NCBI GenBank assembly: GCA_051294375.1
Contig: CM119269.1
Coordinates: forward strand, 17,656,265 to 17,720,264
Direction of reading: 5' to 3'
Origin: Paraspadella gotoi
Lineage: Eukaryota; Animalia; Chaetognatha
DNA: 64,000 bases
In this document: in pieces, positions 55,201-64,000 of the stretch
Numbering within the stretch: the first letter of the stretch is position 1
How the letters are laid out: every line of letters begins with the position of its first letter
The notes under the pieces: generated by a model
Told to the model about the DNA's origin: nothing
Seen by the model: the letters and a program-made list of their open reading frames with translations, nothing else
Databases searched by the model: none
Translations under genes and position numbers: made by a program

Positions 55201-56979
55201 CTCAGTTTCCCGAAGATGCGGGGTCATCGAGGTAAAACAGGTCGACGGGTAAGACGTCACTGACCCTCGTTGGTGGGTTCGTTTGATTTCAAGGAGGGAA
55301 TCCGGTTAGAAACGTCACAGTTATAACACGATGATGGAAAGCGACTGACTGATAGATTAAAAGAGTGATTTATAAAATTAATTACTCTTAGCAAGACAGA
55401 GCATCAACACCTTATGTTTTGAACTCTGCTGTTACAATTAAGCGCGACACGCAACGGAACATTTCGGTCGGCTTCAACGTAAAGCCTTTTGTTTTAAACA
55501 TGACAAGTTTTCGGTCATTTTTTTCTTTGAATAGAATAAAATAAATAGATATTAGATAGATAAAAATACGTATTTCAGTTATTATGGCAGTTGTTAAATT
55601 TAGGTATTGGTAGTCGACAAAAACTAGAGATTTGTCATTTGATTTGTAAATTACAGCATTCATTGTTCCAGATCTTAATAATAATATTATTCATGCCACC
55701 ATTATTTGACACTCGTTCAGCCGCCTATCGGAAAGGAAAGAGTAAGGTGAAAAGAAAGATATTTTTTGAATTGTAAAAAACTGAAGGATTCAGATAATTC
55801 GGCCATATAAATTTTTAAGAAGCCACTAATAAAAATTTCAAATTATTTAAAATTTAATTTAAATAAAATATAATTTTATTTATTAAAATATAATTTTATT
55901 TATTATTTAAATAAATTCTATATTTTTAAGTTTTTTATTGAGTTTGAAATTATTCAACGATTTATTTTGGGACAGTGAACATTTTTCGGCTTTAATTCAA
56001 GTCTTCATCACATTTTTTTTTATTTTAAAAAATATTTAAGAAAAGAATCTTTCGCCCGTATCCGTATCCGAATTACGATGTCTAATATGTGCGTTTAATT
56101 TCGAATTCAACACCGAATAATTAATTAAATAGTAGAGAAAGAAACTATTCCTTTGAGGACAGTGTTTTTAGACAAACAGATCTTTGTAATGAATTTTTTC
56201 TACGTTTGTCAAACAAAGTGAAGATGTCCTGGTAACCAAAGAAGCTACTTAAGTCACGAATACTTTCCCATCTGTTAAATCTAACTTATAACTTATAACT
56301 AACGTCTTCAAAATCATTGTTATTCTCTAATTATTTCCCCCCCCTTCATTTTCCCACTGGCCGGTGGAGGGGTTTCAAATAAATTATGACGATAAACCAC
56401 CGACAACTATGGTAGCTTAGCTACCAAGCCAGAGGTCATTACGCTCGAGTAGATACTGACACGCATGACAATTACCGTCGTTCATGTCACGCCCTCTTCT
56501 CGTGACTTAATTCCCAACGAAAGTTATTAGAGCGAGATACTTCTCGTGTCTCGGTCATCCCTCATAGAAAAAAAAAATCTAATTTCTGGAATCATGTTCT
56601 ATTTTAAGATGTCAATGTTTTTTTACACCGAGGAAAAATCTTGGAAAAACCGAAGCGACGATCCAAAATAATTTGATTAAAGAAATGGATCCGGCGTCTC
56701 CTCCGAAAGAACGAAAAACGTCCGGCGGATCTGTCGGAAACGTTCGACGAACTTTTATAATGATCAAATTTTGTAAGAAAAACAAATTGCTCTACAAACG
56801 GAAGCACTTGTCCCGAAAGATTAATATAGAGAATTAATTTAAATATCAACTCGATGCATCGATCATGGTGCTCGGAACACACCACTTACTTCCCCAGCCT
56901 CTGCGGGAGAATTGATAATGAGAGATTTAAATTTTAGAGGTAAGTCTGCTTCAAATTACGAATGAAACCGGCCTTGGCA

Positions 56980-57097
56980 AAAGTATACGTTTAATTCCAA
57001 ATCTCCATAAAAATGGTATAATATTCTGAGCCTATATTTTAAAGTATAGTTTAATTCCAAATTTCCATAAAAAATGGTATAATATTCCTATATTTTA
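56980..57097. repeat. Two tandem ~60-bp units in a probable intron
   Basis: AAAGTATA.GTTTAATTCCAAAT.TCCATAAAAATGGTATAATATTC repeated at a period of 60. Confidence 0.85.
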
Positions 57098-57113
57098 TAA
57101 AAAAAAACAAAAG

Positions 57114-58646
57114 GTTCAACCCCAACGGCCCGATTTTCAACGGCACCCAATCCAAAACCAAGCATTCTTGTCAAAGAACGCACGGGTGTTAATCTCAATG
57201 AACAACATGCTCAAGATTCTCTTCAAAAAACCGAAAAAGAAATAGCGAGAGCTGGGTAAGTTCTCAAAAGTGGAGTTCTGAATATCAGATGACATTAATC
57301 AAAAGAACTCCTCTCTTCAGTTCTCTTTTCACAGCGAACGGGAGCCTCAACGAAGCGTCGAGGTTTCGACGGACGATTACCTCCTCACGTCCGCTGAGGG
57401 CCGAAGGAGAAAGATTTTTCAAGGTCTCAAGCAGGACAGGTGGGTCCGCACTCCGCAGGCAACAGTTTTTGACAGGATTTTAAATACCGGAAACGAATTT
57501 CTCCCATTTCGCGATTTCTCTTTCTTGAAATTAAAAATTATTATCAGAACTTGTTTCGGAGTGAGATTTAGGCACTATACCGTATACAATTACATTAGTT
57601 AGTGGCAGGGGAATACAATGTCCTAATTAAACGAAATGTTTCCTCGAAGGAAATTCGGAAGCCGCTCCTCCCACCACCATCGCTCCTTATACCGCCTCCC
57701 TGCTCGATCGAAGGCGTTGTTTCGAATCAGCCACGAGCGTCAACGACGCTGCACAAACAGGCAATCGGAGAGAATCGCTCGTCGAAGGCTTGAAAAAGCG
57801 ACTCGATTTCGCTCTCCGGACAAACCTCTCAGAGGAATCGACGTTTTTGTTGCGGGTAAGGAGCGTTGGGGGGGGGGAAAGAAACTTGTCCTTCTACACA
57901 TCAAGGTTTTGGCAATGCGTTGACCCAATGGCTATGCTATGCCCCGCCAACTTCTTTCCTAGGCTCTCCGCTCTCTCGACGTTCCTCTTTCCGAACCCCT
58001 TCTCTCCGGTGGCGATCCCCCCCTCCTTCGCGCCGTTTGGCACGGTAACGAGGCCGCAGTCCGTGCCCTTGTTGATGCCGACGTGGTCTTGTCGCAGGAG
58101 GGCGTGTCGCGCGTAGTCAAAGCGGCGACGCTATACGGACGCGGCGCGGTTAGAGACTCCGGCGTATTGGAACCGCTTATTGTCGCCAGTTTAAGAGACG
58201 CTAGGAATGTGGACCAATCACTTCGTCAGGCATTGGTTGATTGGGCGATTGGGCGCGACGAAGAAGTGACGAAGCATCTTTTGGTCGCCGGTGAGATGCG
58301 ATGCGAAGTGTCAGATGCCAGATAAGATCAATTGAATTGGAGAGTTCGCTGCAAAAATCAGGACGTTGATGTCTCAACTATCTTAATTCTAAACATTTTG
58401 TTTCGAGTCATTAATTTATCATAATAAATATCTTGCTTATTAGGACTCGCTCTGACGCCAAAGGAATTAAAAAGACTGACTTCCAAAAATGATGCTCTCG
58501 GCTTGTGGACCAAAGAATATGAAGAGAACAAATTCAGCTTGCAAAGCTTGTGTCGCACAGTTGTTAGACGAACTAATAAAGATGTTTTCAAACGAAATTG
58601 CGCCACTTTACCGGTTGCAATTAAACGCTATCTTCTTTTGTGCTGA
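57114..58646 (+). CDS. Ankyrin-repeat and SOCS-box (ASB-like) protein, spliced; 5' part incomplete or uncertain
   Basis: Exons 57650-57855 (...FALRTNLSEESTFLLR|GTAAGG), 57963-58290 (ALRSLDVPLSEPLLSGGDPPLLRAVWHGNEAAVRALVDAD...WAIGRDEEVTKHLLVAG|GTGAGA) and 58444-58646 (...KFSLQSLCRTVVRRTNKDVFKRNCATLPVAIKRYLLLC*) splice in frame via GT-AG introns. Upstream candidate exons 57114-57255 and 57335-57439 (or -57423) and a donor at 56940 exist, but the phase linkage to 57650 is ambiguous. Confidence 0.75.
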
Positions 58647-59006
58647 AATTTTCAAAATAAGAAAATCATGCCATGTTATTTATTTATTTATTTCAATATC
58701 TCACGACGAAAAAGTTTCGTTTTGAAGTATTTAGTTGCGATGATAATAATAATAATTGCAATAATGTTATGATATAAATGAAATGAGGTATGTTTATTTG
58801 TTGGATAAATTAATTGTATCGATGTCATATATATATTGTGCAAAGACACATTTTTTATCGATTTTTGACAATTTTCTTTATTTTCTTGTTAAAACAGCCA
58901 ATTTTAAATAAATTTTCAATGATATTTTATGGTTTATTAGATTCATTCTAATAAAAAATTTCTATAAGATTTGTATTTGCATTGCATCAATATCTTTAAA
59001 CCGAAA

Positions 59007-59028
59007 AAAATGGCGCAGACCGGAAGTG
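59007..59028 (+). promoter_or_regulatory. YY1-like (AAAATGGCG) plus ETS (ACCGGAAGTG) motif pair; housekeeping-promoter-like
   Basis: Two adjacent consensus matches in otherwise very AT-rich DNA, just upstream of the 59.2 kb candidate exons. Confidence 0.35.
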
Positions 59029-59223
59029 GCTGTCAAAAAAAATTTAATTTAGGAAGTTTGCCAAAAAAATGTATTTTTTTAAAATCTACTCAAACAAATA
59101 TTACATATTTTTCAATTATTCAATATTTTTCAATAAAACAGTGAAACAAGTAATTTGCAAATTTTTATAAGAAAGCTTGATAATATTATAATTTTTGTGA
59201 GTCATTGCTAAAGATAGGAAAAA

Positions 59224-59851
59224 GATAGATGCATGGGACGAAGATGCAGAATTTGTTCGTCTCTGTCTTAATTTATAAAATTTGGAGCGCTAGAACGGGA
59301 TCAACAAATACGATTTGACCGAACTTGCGCTCTAAACGAAGAAGAACAGGCTTGTCGAGAAAAACGGATAAGAAAAACGGTGAGACTAGATTTGATTTTC
59401 AAAATATCTTAAATTTTAAAGTATTGTAAAATATTTTTTTAAGACGCATTTTATAATAAATATCAAGCTTTTATGATTATAGAAAGACAACTATGACGTA
59501 CCCTCAGATGTCATAAAAGTTCCAGAGATTTCATCATTACAATCTGATGATGCTGACGATTCAGAATGCCGGAAACTATTTCAGTCACATTAAAGCAGCA
59601 AGAATGGATATGGTCAGCCATCTGCGCTGCTGATCGGGCACGTTTATCAACCGACAATATTTTTGTCCTCTTACTAGATATTCAGCGAAAGTTGTTATGA
59701 AAATGGTTTTTCTATCGCCCTACTACCGAGATCCGTTGAGAAGTTCTCTCTATCGACAGTACACTATCACTCCATAGTTCTAACTGGTGATAATTATAGG
59801 TCACTACGATCGTCTGATAAAACAACTCTTCTGATCGAAATAAATGACTAA
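59224..59851 (+). CDS. Putative small spliced gene, unknown product, interrupted by probable sequencing indels
   Basis: FGALERDQQIRFDRTCALNEEEQACREKRIRKT|GTGAGA (donor 59380); ATAG| acceptor at ~59482, then KDNYDVPSDVIKVPEISSLQSDDADDSECRKLF / QQEWIWSAICAADRARLSTDNIFVLLLD / FSESCYENGFSIALL...LLIEIND* in shifting frames. Confidence 0.3.
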
Positions 59852-62800
59852 TCATTATGAAATTCTGTTTTAATAAAGTTATAAGCGTAGAGTAATAAAA
59901 AGCGAAATTTGATACAAGCAAACTTGACCCACTGTAGTAAAATTTCTCCGCCAGATGAGGGTACCTAAAAGTATGTAAATCTTCAATTCACCGCTTAATA
60001 TAAACACTAGAGTAGAGTGTGGAAAAGATTGAGCGATGGCCTAATATTTTTTTGCTGCCTTTGTATATGTAATAAAAAATAATTAAGCCCTTTTTTAAAA
60101 AAATTTGCATAACAGTATTATAATTAATTTTTTAAAAGTAATATCCTTATAAATTATAAAATTTCAAAATCATATTTTTTTTAATTTTAAGAAGTTTCAG
60201 TTTCGCCAAAAAAAAACAAAAACTTTTGTAAAATATTTTACATGATATTTTTAGGTTGAAGCTGCAAAAAATAACCAAAATGTTTCATCATATAATATTT
60301 TTTATTACAAAATATAAAAAAGTAAAGAATTTAACTTTTTCCCATTTTTAATGCTGAAAACGTTGAAATTTTTAATAACATTTTATATTTTTGATCTAAC
60401 TTTTTATGAAGAATCAGAATCTTTAAAAAAATTTTTTAAAATTATTTTTAAAATTTATAATTTTATAAGGATATTACTACAAATATATTGTAATTAACGA
60501 TACTGTTCCCTAAACAATATAAGCAAAATATTTTTTGTACTCCTTAATCATACTATCTCATATATAGATATCCTTGTTTGTTCACTCAAATAAAATTTAT
60601 ATTCTCCAGTGCTCCACTCTAATAAACACCCAAGAAATAAATGCAGTTACATTAATTACATACCTCAGAAGGAAAACCAGTACAGACAACGTCATCTGAA
60701 AAAAAAAAATAAAAAATTTTAAAGCAATAATCTGAAAAAAGTTTTTTGTCAAAATCAATTTTTTAAAAAATCTTTTTTTACATTAGTCAATATGCAACAT
60801 TCAAAAAACATTTCAGAATGGTCGATTTCTTTCTATTCGTAGGTGGGTACTGGGTAGTGATTTTACCTCAGTTAATACTTCAATGTTTACAATAGTCATA
60901 AAATTGACAAATAATCGCGGTTTTTGTTTCTTAAAAGCCTACTATTAAATTTAATCACTTGAACTCCAAATAAGTAGTTTTTCAAGACGCCAAAACTCCG
61001 GTCGGCGAAAATATAATTTTACCTAAATTTCTAATACACATTAACTGCTTAATATTTTTAATCAAATATTTAACTCTTGCCTCAAATATTTACAACAATA
61101 GCAATTTGATGAATAAAGATACAAGGTTTTTTTTTCTTCATTATTTATAAAGAAAAAAAAACCGTATCATCATAATGAATTCAGAATGAGTTGCTGCTAA
61201 TGTGACAACCTCTATACTAACAAAATTCTAAAAGATTTTTAATTTAAAATTTCACATGAAATTGTTCATACGAACTTTACATAAACTTTGATTTTATGAG
61301 AAGTTTCAAATTTAAGTTTACTTATACAAGATTAACCAGCTACAAAAATTTTTTTATTATTCGAAACTCCTGCCTTTAATAAAATGTAAAGATTCAAAGG
61401 GAAAATATTGATATCATTTTATTGAATATAATATTTTGGTAACTTACTGTGATATTTTTCAAAAACTGCTGTCCCTACCAGTACACCAGAAGGAAAAAAA
61501 TATATTTCTACAAAAAAAAACCCTGCTATTTATCAATTCTGTTTTTTGCCTTCAAGGAAAACCAGAAAACTAATTAGAAATCTATTTTGGCAGTTTTTTA
61601 CCATCCAGGAAAATCACGCACTTAAATTATCTCAAATTATTAAGATATTGAAATATTATTTCAAACAGAAGAAATCAATTTCAGATTTTTATTTGAATCA
61701 ATGATATTTGGGAATACAATAATTAGTATTTAAAAACTTTTTTTTATTAAAAAGTATAACAAGATTTTATACAAAACCTTTTCTATTTGCGGGTATATAA
61801 TAATTTTCCGGTCTAATTCTTTATAATCGTTTAATGATAGCCAGAAAGTATTGTTTGTATTTTTTAATCTTATTAATCATTATAATTCAATAGAAATAAA
61901 TATTTAACCTTTTGATCATAAGCTCTTCTACCTCAACAATATCCAAATGAAGAAAACTAGATAAAAACGTCCAAAGAGAAAGATATCTAACTATATTGCA
62001 CATATTCATTATTCAAAGCCACATATGTGATTGCTTATAAAAATAATTTTTTTCTTTTTAACCATTCCATTTGTCAAAACTTAGACATTTCTTAGAAACT
62101 TGTATGCCAAATTTATTTTTAGTTCACGATAACGTTACGTATTCACTAGATAATTGTTAAAATTTCATCAACTTTAGTTTTTCAAAGCATTATATCTTTG
62201 TTGTACATTGCACAATGTATCTTTATTATTATTTATCCCTGTTGTCTCTCTCTCTCTCTCTAATAAGTTTCACTTTTTTTCATAACTTACTCAGTCTGTC
62301 CTCACATCTGACCACTATTCTGTCTCACCACTTTGTTGGAAAACTTTTACCCCCTCTCTCTCTCACACCCTTCCTATGCACAAACTTCAACTCCATTTTC
62401 CCAAACTGTTAAAACGCTGATGAATAAAATTCGTTGCAAACTAAAAACTTTGTCAATCTCTAAACATTTCAAACAACGAAAAAGAAAGGATCTTTATATT
62501 TAAGTTTTTAGAAAGATCAGAACAAATAAGAAAAAAACTACCTAAGATTTAAATATAGTTTAACTTGCTATATCGTTTGTTTTTGCGTTTTACCAGTTAC
62601 AAATTCAGTCATAAATTATTACTTCAAATTCCATCATAAATTTGGCAGCTGTGCAGTAAAAACTTATATGTTTAACCAGCTAATTTAAGATTTTTTTTAT
62701 AAAGAAAATTGAAACCAATTTATTTCGCAAACTTTTAAATATTAGAGGGTCGAGATTCAAAACTTTAAAATCCATATCACTTCCTTTTATCATTTGTAAC

Positions 62801-63576
62801 GCATTGGGTTCGTTAAAATAAAAAATTTGAATTAAAAATACTTAACCAGACCTTATTCTATTTATGCAATGCGATAAGCACTGCTGCAAAAACCACTTCT
62901 GCCACCGCACCCTAAAGAATCACAGCTGCTCTTCATAAACACTTCTGAAAGATTAAACAAACAGCTTGGAGACGGTTGACCATAGGCCATCGATAATTTG
63001 GTTTTAAGTCATATGGGTCTACCCCTTTAAGAAGCCCTACAGTTAAGGGGAATTAGATGTGGGTAATATCCAACACAAATCTTTTAGCCAAAAATGAAAA
63101 AGTTGCTGCAACTAAAATCTATATTTCTTTCAGCTGTATACAACAATGCCTTTTGGTGCAGCTATGCTTAATAACCCCAAGGGTATTGGCTCTTCATACA
63201 TATCAAGAAATGGAAGCTTACAACTCTATAATAAACTACAGCAATGGATTTTGCCCAGTAACAAAAATAAAAGTTTTTTTTTCCTGATGCTGCAGTTGAT
63301 TGAATCATGATATTAACTTGATATTTTATACAGAGAGTTATATAAATATATATATATATATATATATAAAGATCACACTCAGCCACAGAAGTCGGTACAG
63401 TATGAAATATTGCTTTTAATAATGACCACAGGGTAATAAAGATAAGATGTCCCAGTTAATATTTCTAAATTAATTTCTTCATTTGCTCGCTTTATTATTT
63501 CCTTATTAGCATAGAAATTAGAGACCATCACGCATATTGTTGGTTTTGGGTAAGATACAATTTTTGCCGGCAGCAC
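59848..63576 (-). CDS. Putative 3' part of a minus-strand gene, unknown product
   Basis: Clean 32-nt micro-exon 60664-60695 (TTTCAG|...GAG|GTATGT; DVVCTGFPSE); terminal exon candidate 59848-59964 (TTTTAG|VPSSGGEILLQWVKF...*); donor at 62847 (TCTG|GTTAAG) in matching phase. Coding-like but frameshifted stretches at 62850-63576 (KLPFLDMYEEPIPLGLLSIAAPKG; LTVGLLKGVDPYDLKPNYRWPMV). Confidence 0.3.
60111..60507. mobile_element. AT-rich MITE-like element with imperfect terminal inverted repeats
   Basis: AACAGTAT (60111) / ATACTGTT (60500-60507) and GTAATATCCTTATAAA (60138) / TTTATAAGGATATTAC (ending 60477) are reverse complements; no clear TSD. Confidence 0.45.
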
Positions 63577-64000
63577 TCTTGTATATGGATCTAATCGCCT
63601 CGGCTTGAGTGCACGTTTTCCCGACCTAGAATAGTTGTTATTACAATTCTTAAAAGCCTTCTTAATGATATAAAATACTGCTTGAGAAAGTTAATATATT
63701 TTAGTATTGTTTTAAGATGAAAATCGGCGCAGAGCATATTTAACCAACTTTGCATTCTTCTCTGTTACGCAGCTTATTGTACGAGCTTAAAAAAAAACCT
63801 ACCTCAGAAAAAGAAAACATCAATTATTGTTATTATGTAAAATCAAAATTATTGTTTGCCATTGAAAGCTAACGGTAAATCCTATTCTAAGTTTTGATTC
63901 CAAACCCTGTATATTCCATAGTCATTAGAAGGAAACTTGCACTTGGAATGTCCAATAACACAAGGATATGTTTCAGGTCAGGTTTACAGTAGAAAGCTAA

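Noticed and set aside
1-64000. CRISPR arrays, rRNA, prokaryotic or viral systems, autonomous transposon ORFs
   Set aside because: None seen; spliceosomal introns and a glypican gene indicate animal nuclear DNA, and no repeat-spacer array or RT/transposase motif was recognised.

Overview
Animal (invertebrate-type) nuclear DNA from a draft, error-prone long-read assembly. It is AT-rich, with very dense (GA)n/(TC)n and (CGA)n microsatellites. Most of the window is mirror or duplicate sequence. There is a ~12.3 kb-arm inverted repeat (29221-41580 / 42018-54307), a ~7.1-7.4 kb-arm inverted repeat (5798-12905 / 13103-20530), a ~0.5 kb-arm fold-back (4568-5081 / 5259-5797), and an apparently exact direct duplication (1-4565 = 8513-13077). 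Each inversion has a 25-N gap in its spacer, and the arms differ mostly by small indels, so these are most likely assembly artefacts rather than real palindromes. The large palindrome carries a complete 6-exon glypican gene of the GPC1/2/4/6 (Dally-like) subfamily: an open + copy at 44640-51015 (~798 aa) and a frameshifted - copy at 32555-38963. This glypican has an unusually long basic N-terminus and a roughly 100-aa longer, multi-furin-site loop. A spliced ankyrin-repeat + SOCS-box (ASB-like) gene at ~57114-58646 is not visible as such in the ORF track. Two weaker gene candidates lie at 59.2-63.6 kb. Hairpin-rich non-coding segments (glypican intron 4; 3093-3242; 8208-8305) are candidate structured RNAs or short mobile elements. 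I cannot claim a new biological system with confidence.
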